DNA of 64,000 nt, from the IMG/VR virus record IMGVR_UViG_3300032315_000774, positions 1 through 64,000 of that record; one strand, written 5' to 3'. This document shows positions 9,533 to 18,897 of this stretch, one piece after another. The stretch's first letter is position 1; each line of letters begins with the position of its first letter. The stretch comes from a virus. A program made the translations under genes and the position numbers. A model generated the notes under the pieces. The model was not told the origin of the DNA. It was given only the letters and a program-made list of their open reading frames with translations, and did no database searches.

Positions 9533-12500
9533 GAAAGAAGCTCCCTTGCTTGCTCAGGGGTAAGACGCTGCAGTGTGTGCGAACGGTCCGTCACGACGAA
9601 GCCGACGCCCTCATCTTCGAACAGCAGCTTGTGCAGCCACGACTTCACCGCTTCGACCTGGTCGAAGAACACGTTCTCGTCTTCCATCGTCTCGAACTCT
9701 GGATGGCCGACCTCGTCGACGTCGTAGAAGTCCGTGAGCATCATGAGCTTGTCTTCGAAGTCGCTCATGTCCACGTTCTCGATGTTGTGATGCACGCGAT
9801 CGACCTCGTCGATGACGTCCTGCCACGAGCTGTCGCCGTTCAAGAACCGCTTGAGCTGGAAGTACAGTGACCGCATCTCTTCGTACGTCCCAGGAATCTC
9901 ACCGGCGAGCGAGGGCACGTTCGTGAGCTGATCGCCACCTGACAGGTACACTGCCTGGATCGCCGAGACCGGGATGTCGCCTTCGTACAAGAACTGCATC
10001 GGCTGGACCTGCCCGCGTAGCATCGGGTTGCCAGGCTTTCCGAAGAAGCTCCTCGAAGGCCAGCGCAGAACGCGTGGGTCATCCATCAGGTCCGGCTGCA
10101 CCGACGCAGGATCGAGCTTCACCTCGATCACCGCGATGTCTTCGTTGTCGCCTCGCAGTCCTTCCGCGTAGCGCACGGCGAGGTCGAACCACGTCGTCAG
10201 GTACACTGCAGGCTGCTTGTGAAGCTGTGGGTCCTTCGCGACCACAGGCGAGAACTTCGCGCCCGTGTCTGCACGAAGACCTACGCGCAAGATCTCCAAC
10301 ACGTTCTCCGCCGACGTCCCGTGATAGTAGACCCCTCCAGGCGCCGCTGTCGGCCGCACCGTACGCGCAAGGCGATGCTGCTTCATCACCTTTGCTAGAT
10401 CTTGAGCAGCTTGTTCGTCTTCGATGATGTGACCGTCGACTCGTACTTCGTCGAAAAGCGCCAAGTCATGCAAAGGCCAACGCTTACGAAGTTGTGACTC
10501 CGAGAAGACACCGTCGACGTCGATGAACGACTTGCCTACTTTCAAGACAACGTGATCCGTCATGCTGTCATCACGCATGACCGCTACCAGGTCTCCGCCC
10601 TTCAAGATCTGCATGGCACGAGCAAAGATCCAGCAACCACCTTCACCAAAGGTCACACCACCCTCGACCGCGCGATCCAAGATCTCGTACGCTTCGTCAG
10701 GCAGAGCGAACTCGGCCACCTTCTGGCGTGCGACCTCGTGAACGGGCAGTGGGTAGAACACAGCGACGGCGTTCGGGAGCGCGGACGACGTGTTCAAGAA
10801 GCCGAAGAAGCCGCGCTCCTTGATCGCCTTGTAGAGGCCCGTGCGACCGTTCGCTCGCCACGCTTCACCGACCCACGGCTCGCCGGACGCGAGGTCGAAG
10901 ATCTTCGCTTCAGGTGGCAGCGTAGCCTCGTACTCGGCCTGCGACACGCCCGTGATCAACGTCTCCGGCTCTGTCCCGGCGATGTAGTAGAACGTAACGG
11001 GTACGCCGGTGTCCTGACGCTCGCGCCATGACAGCTGGCCTGACCCGATGAACTTCGGATCGAGCACGGAGGCCGCGCTTCGGCGAGAAGTGCCGCAGCT
11101 TCGTGCCCCCACTCGGCACAGCGACATCGGCTCGGCGACGTCGCACGTTCGCTCCGCCATCGTGTGCATCGTCTGCGTGTTGTCGCGGACGCGTGTGTCG
11201 TCGATGCGCGTGCGCTCGGGGCGTGGTGCGCGAGGCTTCGGCAGGTAGTGGCCCAGCATCTCTTCTTCGTCTTCAGGCGCGACCGGCATCTGCGGTCCTT
11301 CGACGAGGTCGAGCCCATCTGTGAACTGACGCAGCGAGATGATCGACTGACCTTGCGGCCCGTTCACCCTCACGCGGTAGTTGACGAACGCCTCCGGGTC
11401 CGGGTCCACGAGCCCCAGCTCCATGTCGTGGTCCGCAGGATGCGCACCGTCGATCACCACCTCGGTGCCCGCCATGAGCTGTGGTCCTGCGTACTCGGGC
11501 TCGAAGGTGCGTGACACGCGCATCCGTGCGCCAGGCGCGAACTCGTTCTGCCACGAGGCCGCCTCCTTCGCCTGCACGTCGCACAGCACGATCTCGATCG
11601 GGATCCGCACGCACTCGCCGTCCAGCTCGACGTCCATCTCTTCGCCGTGCTCCTCCACCACCTCGACGTCCTCGACGCCCTCATCTGTCGCGATGCGCAC
11701 CACGCGGCGTGGCGCGAACAGCGAACGGAACGTCGACGCCGCACGCGACGACGACCGCAGCTGCTTCGCCAGCGCTTCGCCTTCGCTCGCGCGTGCCTCG
11801 ATCGCCGCCTGGATCTGCAGCTCCAGCGCTTCGAGCGCTGCCGCCGTACCACGCACCGCGTCCACGTCCCCAGGTCGCGGCAGGTCGAAGTCGCTGTCGA
11901 CGCGCTCTGTCGCCTCTGCGTACGCGCTCGCCAACACCTGGTACTGGCGCTCCAGGTCTCGCAGCGCGAACGTCGCTGTGCGGCCTGGCAGCTCGAAGAC
12001 GTTGTCCTCGTACACTTCTCCGTTCGCGTCCATGAATCCTCCACCGGGGTACAGCACGAACAGCTTCAGCCCTCGCAAGAGCTGCTGGTGCGACTCCATC
12101 TTGCCGCGCGCGATCAAGTTCTTCGACACGCGGCGCGCAACAGCAGCAGCCTCCGCTTCGGTCCGCGCATGCGGTGCCGTCACTGCGAACGCCTGCATCG
12201 GCCACAGCTGCACCGCTTCGTCGATGTCCACCATGCCCTCGGGCTTGATTGACTCGCGCGCAGGCACCGACGTCGGCTCGCCGTACTGCGCACGCAGCAT
12301 GTTGATCGCACGCCGGTCGGGCGCATCCTCGACATCAAACAGATCGAACCCGTCGATCGACTGTGCAGCGCGTTCGAACTGTGCTCGTTCTTCTGAAGAC
12401 AAGTAGTCCACTTCAGGTGTCTCCCAAGTGAAGCCAGCCTCTTTCAGCGCTCCCGCAAGAGCTTTGAGCTGAGAAGCGGAGTAAGTGCCCATGACAGCGT

Positions 12501-13752
12501 TCGTCATCACCGAGATGCCCTCGGCCTCGTACGTCAAGAGCGCCCCGACGTCGTCGCCTCGGATCTCTTCTTGGCTAGACCCAAACGTTAGGATCTTGAT
12601 CTTTCGGCTGCCTCTGATCGTGTGGATCGCCCACTTCTGGTCGCCAACATGCGCGATGTACGTGTCGTATCTGTTGTTGTAGTGATCGAAGAAGTTCTCA
12701 GACTCTGTCGCTGAGATGCACCACTTTGTTCCCCTGCCAAGTACACACGACGCTTCTTCAGAGAAGACGCGAAAGATCGTCACGTCTCCGGCAGAGAAGA
12801 TCTTCTGGTAGCCTTCGCGCGCCTTCTGCTTCTTCTGTCCGTGCGACGGACCGAGCGCTTTCGCGGCGGCATACGCCTCCATGAGCGTGTGCTGATAGAT
12901 GTCACGCTCGTTCGCAGGGAGGCGCTGCTTATTCGCCCAGAAGAAGTCGGCTACCTCGCGAATGGTGTCACGAACGAGAAGGATGTTTCCGTCGCCGTCA
13001 CGCACAGGCGCAAACTCGCGCATCATCCAGCGGAGGTAGGACTGACGGCCGCCTGAAGGGTCGTGTCGTGCGAAGAACTGAAGATGCTCGTCGTCGCGAG
13101 ACACGCCGAACTCGCGTGCGACGTCGTCGATGACGCCCGCGACGAACTGAAGGCTGGCGAACTTCGAGGGGTCGAACGAGGTGTCGACGTCGCCTTCGGG
13201 TTCGCGTGCGTCGTGCTCGATGTCGTCGTCGGCCAGCTCTTGGTAGTAGGCTTCCTCGTCCCGGCGAAGAAGCTCGTCTTGAACGTCGGACGGGATCGTG
13301 GCGCGGCTCAGGCGCTCGTCGCCGATCTCCTCACCGATCGCCTGCAACACGTCGAACACCGTGTCGGTGCCACTGCGCGCGCCGCCGATCTTCGCGTCCT
13401 GCAGGTCGCCCCACGTGCGCACCACGTTCTTCTGACGCGCGGCGCGGATGAGCGCGATGACGGCGTCGAGGAACGTCTCGATCTTCGGCATGCGGGGCAG
13501 CACCGCGACCAGCTTGTCGCGCACGCGCTGGTCGTCGACGTCGATCGTGCCGAAGTCGTGCCCGATCTCGTCCTCGATCGCCGTCGCGATGGCGCGGTCA
13601 CTGCGCGGTAGCCCGACCCCGCGTCGCTTCGCCTGCACCTGCAGCTGAGCGCTGCGACGCAGATCGGCCTCGCGCTCTTCTTCCGTCTGGACGAGTGCCC
13701 GCTGGCCGTCTGCCAGCTGACGGAACTGCCACAGACGATGTGCCACGCGCAT
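9529..13752 (-). CDS. Polyvalent protein (1407 aa): PcfJ-like, papain-like and Tpt1/ART-like domains
   Basis: EASCVLGRGTKWCIS; GGCWIFA..DHVVL..FIDVDG; YYHGTS..ILRVGL..VYLTT..A.RYA. Confidence 0.8.
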   Translation of the reverse strand: MRVAHRLWQFRQLADGQRALVQTEEEREADLRRSAQLQVQAKRRGVGLPRSDRAIATAIEDEIGHDFGTIDVDDQRVRDKLVAVLPRMPKIETFLDAVIALIRAARQKNVVRTWGDLQDAKIGGARSGTDTVFDVLQAIGEEIGDERLSRATIPSDVQDELLRRDEEAYYQELADDDIEHDAREPEGDVDTSFDPSKFASLQFVAGVIDDVAREFGVSRDDEHLQFFARHDPSGGRQSYLRWMMREFAPVRDGDGNILLVRDTIREVADFFWANKQRLPANERDIYQHTLMEAYAAAKALGPSHGQKKQKAREGYQKIFSAGDVTIFRVFSEEASCVLGRGTKWCISATESENFFDHYNNRYDTYIAHVGDQKWAIHTIRGSRKIKILTFGSSQEEIRGDDVGALLTYEAEGISVMTNAVMGTYSASQLKALAGALKEAGFTWETPEVDYLSSEERAQFERAAQSIDGFDLFDVEDAPDRRAINMLRAQYGEPTSVPARESIKPEGMVDIDEAVQLWPMQAFAVTAPHARTEAEAAAVARRVSKNLIARGKMESHQQLLRGLKLFVLYPGGGFMDANGEVYEDNVFELPGRTATFALRDLERQYQVLASAYAEATERVDSDFDLPRPGDVDAVRGTAAALEALELQIQAAIEARASEGEALAKQLRSSSRAASTFRSLFAPRRVVRIATDEGVEDVEVVEEHGEEMDVELDGECVRIPIEIVLCDVQAKEAASWQNEFAPGARMRVSRTFEPEYAGPQLMAGTEVVIDGAHPADHDMELGLVDPDPEAFVNYRVRVNGPQGQSIISLRQFTDGLDLVEGPQMPVAPEDEEEMLGHYLPKPRAPRPERTRIDDTRVRDNTQTMHTMAERTCDVAEPMSLCRVGARSCGTSRRSAASVLDPKFIGSGQLSWRERQDTGVPVTFYYIAGTEPETLITGVSQAEYEATLPPEAKIFDLASGEPWVGEAWRANGRTGLYKAIKERGFFGFLNTSSALPNAVAVFYPLPVHEVARQKVAEFALPDEAYEILDRAVEGGVTFGEGGCWIFARAMQILKGGDLVAVMRDDSMTDHVVLKVGKSFIDVDGVFSESQLRKRWPLHDLALFDEVRVDGHIIEDEQAAQDLAKVMKQHRLARTVRPTAAPGGVYYHGTSAENVLEILRVGLRADTGAKFSPVVAKDPQLHKQPAVYLTTWFDLAVRYAEGLRGDNEDIAVIEVKLDPASVQPDLMDDPRVLRWPSRSFFGKPGNPMLRGQVQPMQFLYEGDIPVSAIQAVYLSGGDQLTNVPSLAGEIPGTYEEMRSLYFQLKRFLNGDSSWQDVIDEVDRVHHNIENVDMSDFEDKLMMLTDFYDVDEVGHPEFETMEDENVFFDQVEAVKSWLHKLLFEDEGVGFVVTDRSHTLQRLTPEQARELLS

Positions 13753-13771
13753 GCAGGAGCGTGGCAGAGTG

Positions 13772-14146
13772 TCAAGATGTCAGTGTCGTTAGCGCGTTCT
13801 TGAAGAAGCGATCACGCGCTCGCTGCGACCGGGGCAGCTCGCGCAGGTCGGGCACCAACACACCGCCCAGCTCCAGCACCTCGGCGAGCCGAGCCCAGAA
13901 CGCTGCACCGTGCAGGTCGTTCGGTTCCCATGCCAAGAGGTGCGCTACCTCATGCGCCACCACGACGCGTATAAGGCCGCTGGATGCGTTGGCGGGCAGG
14001 GAGACGTTGATCCTAGAGGTGGCGGCGACGGCCGAACCAGAGGCCCATGGATGATGCCACACGCGAACCCGTAGAGACGGCAGCGGGCGGTCGGAAGGCC
14101 ACAGCTCACGCAAGATGCTGGCAGCTCGATCTGCGACAGAAGGCAT
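13772..14146 (-). CDS. SprT-like zinc metallopeptidase
   Basis: VVAHEVAHL...HGAAFW motif. Confidence 0.7.
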   Translation of the reverse strand: MPSVADRAASILRELWPSDRPLPSLRVRVWHHPWASGSAVAATSRINVSLPANASSGLIRVVVAHEVAHLLAWEPNDLHGAAFWARLAEVLELGGVLVPDLRELPRSQRARDRFFKNALTTLTS

Positions 14147-14156
14147 ACGACGCAGC

Positions 14157-14456
14157 TTAGCGCGCTGCGTCGTCCAAGTAACGCTGCATGAGCACGCACA
14201 GATCCCCGTGCGCGGCGTGGTGGGTCTGCATGACGCGACCATGGAGCGCTCGGACCGCCTCGTACGCGCCGTGCGAGGACAACGCGTTCAGCGCCCCGGC
14301 GATGCCCATGGGCGAGAGGCGTTCGACGCTCAGCAGCCCGATCGACGCGATGACGTCCTCACGCGGGAAGTGCTGCGCGAACAACAGCAGCGTTGCGTAC
14401 TGTTGGCTGCGCGGTGCTGCATAAAGCCGCTCGAAGTCGAGCTTCAGCGCGTCCAT
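14157..14456 (-). CDS. Hypothetical protein
   Basis: ATG ORF packed between co-directional neighbours. Confidence 0.6.
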   Translation of the reverse strand: MDALKLDFERLYAAPRSQQYATLLLFAQHFPREDVIASIGLLSVERLSPMGIAGALNALSSHGAYEAVRALHGRVMQTHHAAHGDLCVLMQRYLDDAAR

Positions 14457-14995
14457 TCGAACTCCTCTTCGCGCATGAGCTGCCGGATGGCGTCGGCACC
14501 GAAGTCGCTCAAGAAGTGCGCGATGTCAGCTTTTCCACCGATGGAGATGACGACGCGACGTCCGCCTTCGACGATGTTGACGCCGTGCAGCTCGTGGCTC
14601 ACGCACACCTGCGCCGCGTCGCCTGGGTCAAGATACACCGTCTTGTACGTGCGATCCTTCTTGACGAACAGTGCGCCTCCGCTCGTAGGCGCCTCCAGAC
14701 ACACGATCATGCGCCAGTGTTCTTTAGGGCGCAGAAGTACGTCGACGTGCTCGTTCCGCCAGTGCCCTGTGGCGTAGGGCAGCAGGTCCACGCTGTAGCC
14801 CTCTTCTGGCTCGCGCTTGAGCTTCGCGGCGACGGCGTCGTACACCTCGCGGACGGCACGGTCGTTCGGGCTGAAGTTGATCACGCCGTTGAGCCCTGGA
14901 ACAGGGCGCTCCAGCGTGTAGTGAGCGATGGGCAGCAGCGCCTTCTGCGCGCGCTCCAGCTGCTCGCCGACGAAGAACTTTCGGAAGACGCGCAC
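14444..14995 (-). CDS. 2OG-Fe(II) oxygenase
   Basis: HVD...GGALF...PGDA...HGV..VEGGRRVV (HxD..H..R). Confidence 0.75.
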   Translation of the reverse strand: MRVFRKFFVGEQLERAQKALLPIAHYTLERPVPGLNGVINFSPNDRAVREVYDAVAAKLKREPEEGYSVDLLPYATGHWRNEHVDVLLRPKEHWRMIVCLEAPTSGGALFVKKDRTYKTVYLDPGDAAQVCVSHELHGVNIVEGGRRVVISIGGKADIAHFLSDFGADAIRQLMREEEFEWTR

Positions 14996-15007
14996 AGTGC
15001 ACCTCGG

Positions 15008-15451
15008 TCAGTTGAGCCGCAGCTTCCAGCCGTCGCCGCCCGTCCATTCGACCTGCGCGAACTCACGCAGCGCGTACATCACGAACTGGACGTCGCTACT
15101 GATCTGCTTGAGCGCGTCAAGACGATGCACCTCGGCGTCGTCACTCGACGTGACGTTCGTCAGGTGCATCGCGTGCTCGAAGTCCGAGATCCTGCGACGT
15201 AGGTCTTCGCTGCGAATCTTGAAGTAGTCCCTCTCTCGCCCGTCCTGACACGTGTTTGCGACGTCGTCCGTGGCCTTCTTCAGCGTCACGAGGAGCTTGT
15301 CGATCTTCGTCGCGCGCGTCTGCATCTCGTAGTCTGTCCATTCGCCGCAGATGAGCCACAGCACGAGCTTGCTGTCGAACTCGTGCAGCGCACACTTCGC
15401 CATGTCACGCAGGCGCTCCGCCTGCAGGAAGTCCTCACTCTTGAAGTCCAT
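15008..15451 (-). CDS. Hypothetical protein
   Basis: ATG with GGAG upstream; helical sequence. Confidence 0.6.
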   Translation of the reverse strand: MDFKSEDFLQAERLRDMAKCALHEFDSKLVLWLICGEWTDYEMQTRATKIDKLLVTLKKATDDVANTCQDGRERDYFKIRSEDLRRRISDFEHAMHLTNVTSSDDAEVHRLDALKQISSDVQFVMYALREFAQVEWTGGDGWKLRLN

Positions 15452-15672
15452 CACTTCTCCTTCCACAAGCACGGGCCGAGAATCCACGCATCGAGCACGA
15501 CGACGCCTGCGTAGGCCAGACCGAGTGCCACGTGCACGTGCACGAACACCACAGCGTTGAACAGCGCCATCGTGCCGAACACGACCGCCCACAAGCGGCG
15601 CTGCGACAGCGGCAGCGGACGCCAGCTCTGACGCCGCAGAGTGTACCACTCGTCGAGCTTCATGAGCCTCAT
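15451..15672 (-). CDS. Small membrane protein
   Basis: Two hydrophobic segments; ATGA overlap. Confidence 0.55.
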   Translation of the reverse strand: MRLMKLDEWYTLRRQSWRPLPLSQRRLWAVVFGTMALFNAVVFVHVHVALGLAYAGVVVLDAWILGPCLWKEK

Positions 15673-16181
15673 GGCAGCCTCACGTACGTCAGAAGGTCCG
15701 TGAACGGGATCTTCAGTTCCACTCCGTGAGTCGTTCGCATGTAGAACGCTGTGTTCGTCTTCGACGTGATGCGGAGCTTCGTGCTGCCCAGGATCATGTT
15801 CATGGACTTGCTCACGTGAAACGTCCTCGACGCGACGACTTCGTCTCCGACCTGCAGCGCGCGGAGCTTCGCGTGCGTACGGCAGCTCTCGCGCCACTTG
15901 GTGGCCTGCTCCGACGTCGTTGGCGTGAGCGCGTCGAGCACTTCAGTGCTCGCCTCCCAGTAGTACGGACCCGACCCTTCGTCGAGGAACTTTACGCCGA
16001 CCCCGCCCTTCCCGCGACGGATCAGCATCACGACAGCCGTCACGCGACCGACGCGGTCACGCACCGCCGCATAGAGCGCTTGGCGGCTCGTGTTGTGCGC
16101 CACCACAGGCAGCTTGTACAGCTGCCGGAAGATGTCGATCGACTTCGTACCGCGCGGGTACGACGCGTAGTCCCAGCCCAT
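15669..16181 (-). CDS. DUF6927-like protein
   Basis: MGW..LYAAV..AVVMLI..KFLDEGSGPYYW..VLDALTPT pattern. Confidence 0.6.
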   Translation of the reverse strand: MGWDYASYPRGTKSIDIFRQLYKLPVVAHNTSRQALYAAVRDRVGRVTAVVMLIRRGKGGVGVKFLDEGSGPYYWEASTEVLDALTPTTSEQATKWRESCRTHAKLRALQVGDEVVASRTFHVSKSMNMILGSTKLRITSKTNTAFYMRTTHGVELKIPFTDLLTYVRLP

Positions 16182-16182
16182 G

Positions 16183-16548
16183 TCAGCCTCCGATCCGGAC
16201 GAACCGCGTGACCGCCAAGAGGCGGTTCGCTTCGTCGCGGATAGCGCCGTCGTTCGGCCCCGTCCCCGGGGCCAGCACGTCAGTGCGCCCAGCCTTCGTC
16301 GCGGCCTCCGCCACGAGGGCGGAGGTCAAGTACACGGTCCCCTCGACCGGGTCAGGGAGCCCCGTGACCTCACCGAAACGCGTGCCCGACACCGGCACCT
16401 TGACGGCGTCACCGTTGACCTCGACTTCGAGGTTGCCCAGCTGATGAGTCGTCGACGCGACCCGAGCGAGCCCCTGCGACAGGAACTCGACCCGGCGATC
16501 GCCGGTGTCGAGGTAGATGGTGTGCGGGGTGAGGTTCACGATCTTCAT
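16183..16548 (-). CDS. Conserved phage protein (NLTPH family)
   Basis: MKIVNLTPH..GLPDP..YLTSALVA..RTDVLAPG; start 12 nt after motif. Confidence 0.75.
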   Translation of the reverse strand: MKIVNLTPHTIYLDTGDRRVEFLSQGLARVASTTHQLGNLEVEVNGDAVKVPVSGTRFGEVTGLPDPVEGTVYLTSALVAEAATKAGRTDVLAPGTGPNDGAIRDEANRLLAVTRFVRIGG

Positions 16549-16553
16549 GTGCT

Positions 16554-17000
16554 CTACTCCTTCACTTCGCGTGCCAGGTAGCGGAAGTCGACCTGCTCGC
16601 TCTGTAGCTCGGACGTCACCTTGCGGAGCACGCGCGACGTCCGCATGGACTTCGGGAGCACGTCCTTGAGCCAGCCGCTGATGCTGTCGGTCTTGCCGAT
16701 GCCGTACTGATGGCGGACCACAGCCAACGCAAGCAGCCCGAGCGGCTTGTTGGCCTCCTCCGCCTCCATCCCGACGAACTGCCGGGCCTTACGGTTGTCG
16801 TCAGAGTCCGCCGCGAGGTCCGTCAGCTCATGGTACGAGTCCTCGCGGCAGAACGGCTCGCCTCGCTCGATCGCCTCGCCGTCGCCGATCAGCTCGCGCC
16901 AGCTCTGAAACTCCATCACGTCGACGCCGTGACCATCCGACCGCGCGATGACGATGGGAAAGTCGCTGCCCTGCATGTAGTACCAGACGTTGGTCTTCAT
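16554..17000 (-). CDS. Hypothetical protein ending LAREVKE
   Basis: ORF reads through motif copy 1. Confidence 0.65.
   Translation of the reverse strand: MKTNVWYYMQGSDFPIVIARSDGHGVDVMEFQSWRELIGDGEAIERGEPFCREDSYHELTDLAADSDDNRKARQFVGMEAEEANKPLGLLALAVVRHQYGIGKTDSISGWLKDVLPKSMRTSRVLRKVTSELQSEQVDFRYLAREVKE
16561..16576 (-). promoter_or_regulatory. TGGCACGCGAAGTGAA motif copy 1
   Basis: Exact copy, 12 nt before ATG. Confidence 0.8.
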
Positions 17001-17002
17001 GA

Positions 17003-17380
17003 TCACACCTCGAAGTACGGCATGTTGTACTTCTTCAAGAAGTCCTCTACGTTCTTGTACTTCTGCACCGACTCGCGATCGGTGCACCACGCCCAGTCGG
17101 GGTACATCACGAACGCCTTGCGGAGCGTCGCGGCCGTCAGATCGGCTGCTGTCAGGTCTCGCGCGACCGAGAAGCCCGTTCCGGTCCGGAGGTTCGGCTT
17201 GTGAACTGTCGTCAGGGAGAACGTCCCTGTCGCCTCGGCCTGGATGTAGCCGATCTTGTCACCTTGGACGAAGTAACAGTACGTCGGAGCGTTGACGTCC
17301 GACACGAACACCCGGAAGCCGGAAACGAAGACTCGGAAGCCGAGGGACTTGATCAGGGCGATGGGAACGAGGTTGCGCAT
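17003..17380 (-). CDS. Hypothetical phage protein
   Basis: ATG 12 nt after motif copy 2. Confidence 0.7.
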   Translation of the reverse strand: MRNLVPIALIKSLGFRVFVSGFRVFVSDVNAPTYCYFVQGDKIGYIQAEATGTFSLTTVHKPNLRTGTGFSVARDLTAADLTAATLRKAFVMYPDWAWCTDRESVQKYKNVEDFLKKYNMPYFEV

Positions 17381-17388
17381 GTGTTCTT

Positions 17389-17856
17389 CTACTTCACTTC
17401 GCGTGCCAACGCCGCTTCGGCGTCGACCAGCGCGCGGCGCGCGGCCACGAGCTGGTCCCAGCTGCGCTGCCACTGCGCGATCGCCTCGCGGACGGCGGCC
17501 TCGACGTCGACATCGCCGTCACCCGACGACACCTGGATGTAGCCGTCCGATGCGATGTACACGGAGCACTGGTTCATCTTGATGACCGGCATGCTCTCGG
17601 AGACCTCCGCCATGCGGTTGCGCGCGAGCCCGAGCGCCTTACGCGCGTTCGCGAGCGCCTCCGCACGCTCGTCCACGTGCCACTCGCCGACCTCCAGGTG
17701 CAGCCCGTTGATGTTCGTCAGCCGGATCTTCCCGCATTTGGTGCAGGTCTCCTTTTCGCACACGTTGCCGTGCGCAAGCGGGTTCTGATCTTTGCTGACG
17801 GCACCGAAGAACGGCGCCGTCCGAACCTTGACGTTGAAGTGCGTGCAGTTGCTCAC
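17389..17856 (-). CDS. Hypothetical protein with CxxC, ending LAREVK
   Basis: ORF with GGAGG upstream. Confidence 0.65.
   Translation of the reverse strand: MSNCTHFNVKVRTAPFFGAVSKDQNPLAHGNVCEKETCTKCGKIRLTNINGLHLEVGEWHVDERAEALANARKALGLARNRMAEVSESMPVIKMNQCSVYIASDGYIQVSSGDGDVDVEAAVREAIAQWQRSWDQLVAARRALVDAEAALAREVK
17393..17408 (-). promoter_or_regulatory. Motif copy 2
   Basis: Exact copy, 12 nt before ATG. Confidence 0.8.
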
Positions 17857-17867
17857 GGTTCCTCCGA

Positions 17868-18056
17868 TTAGGCTGCAAGGTTTGCGACGGTCGCGTCCAT
17901 CTCAGCGATGATCTTGCGAGCGGTCTCGATCTTGGCGCTCAGCTCACTCTGGTTCTTGCCCATCTCCTCGGCCTCGATGAGCACATCCTCAGAGTTGTCG
18001 ACGAACTGGTTGAGAGCTTCCCAGACAACAAGAAACTGAGCGCGAGTGATAGACAT
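17868..18056 (-). CDS. Small hypothetical protein
   Basis: ATG 12 nt after motif copy 3. Confidence 0.65.
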   Translation of the reverse strand: MSITRAQFLVVWEALNQFVDNSEDVLIEAEEMGKNQSELSAKIETARKIIAEMDATVANLAA

Positions 18057-18064
18057 GCTTGCTT

Positions 18065-18358
18065 CTACTTCACTTCGCGTGCCAGGTCTTCGCCGAAAGC
18101 CACGGCGCCGATGGCCACGTACCGCTGACCGATCTGCATCGCAGCCTCGCCGTACGCGGTGACGAAGCCACCGGCCGCTCGGACCCACTTCTCGGGAAGG
18201 GGCGTCGCGCACTGCGCGTTCCAGCCCGCGCCTGCCGAACGCAGGTGCTGGAGCTTCTTGTAGATCTCTCGAAGAGAAGTCACCTCGATCTTGTAGCTGC
18301 GTACGACGTCCCCGTTGAACGTCTGCTTGATCGTCACCGTCATCTTCTCCACGCTCAC
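18065..18358 (-). CDS. Hypothetical protein ending LAREVK
   Basis: GTG ORF, tightly packed. Confidence 0.6.
   Translation of the reverse strand: MSVEKMTVTIKQTFNGDVVRSYKIEVTSLREIYKKLQHLRSAGAGWNAQCATPLPEKWVRAAGGFVTAYGEAAMQIGQRYVAIGAVAFGEDLAREVK
18069..18084 (-). promoter_or_regulatory. Motif copy 3
   Basis: Exact copy, 12 nt before ATG. Confidence 0.8.
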
Positions 18359-18361
18359 GAG

Positions 18362-18628
18362 TCACCTCTTCGAGAAGGCCCGTTCGATACGGGCCAGCGT
18401 GTTCTCGTCCAGCCGCGCGAGCGCGACCTTCTTACCGTCGAGCGCGGCGTTGACGTCGGCAAGCGTCAACAGACGCCAGTCTGCACCGACAAGGACGTCA
18501 CACACGCGCACGAAGGCGGAAACCTGCTCCAGGGTGACGCCGTACAGCTCTTGGATGTACGCGTCGTTGAAGCACATGTCTTGCCGCGCGGCCGTCAGCC
18601 CGGCGAACTGCTTCTTGGTCAGCTTCAT
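18362..18628 (-). CDS. Hypothetical protein
   Basis: ATG 12 nt after motif copy 4. Confidence 0.65.
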   Translation of the reverse strand: MKLTKKQFAGLTAARQDMCFNDAYIQELYGVTLEQVSAFVRVCDVLVGADWRLLTLADVNAALDGKKVALARLDENTLARIERAFSKR

Positions 18629-18837
18629 GCCTTGGATCTCTTCACTTCGCATGCCAACTCGTACGCCTTGTACGCGGCAGCGGCCTCGGCTCGCGCCTGA
18701 CGAGTGACCTTCCACGCTTCGATCGCGTCGGCCTCCGTCGTCGCCTGGACGATGCGCAAGGCGATCTCGCGCGCCTCTTCGTTCTTCGCACGCCACGCAC
18801 AGAAGGCTTTATGAGCACGCTCCTTCTTCGTCGACAT
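18625..18837 (-). CDS. Small Ala-rich protein ending LACEVKRSKA
   Basis: ATG with AAGGA upstream. Confidence 0.55.
   Translation of the reverse strand: MSTKKERAHKAFCAWRAKNEEAREIALRIVQATTEADAIEAWKVTRQARAEAAAAYKAYELACEVKRSKA
18641..18656 (-). promoter_or_regulatory. Motif copy 4 (TGGCATGCGAAGTGAA)
   Basis: 1 mismatch, 12 nt before ATG. Confidence 0.75.
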
Positions 18838-18897
18838 GATGTCCTTACCTCCACCGACGCACGGGAGGCGTAGTGCCTCCCGTGCGTCGTGCATGCA

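Noticed and set aside
16441-16462. CTGATGAGTC on the plus strand as a hammerhead core
   Set aside because: No GAAA after stem II; lies antisense within a coding region
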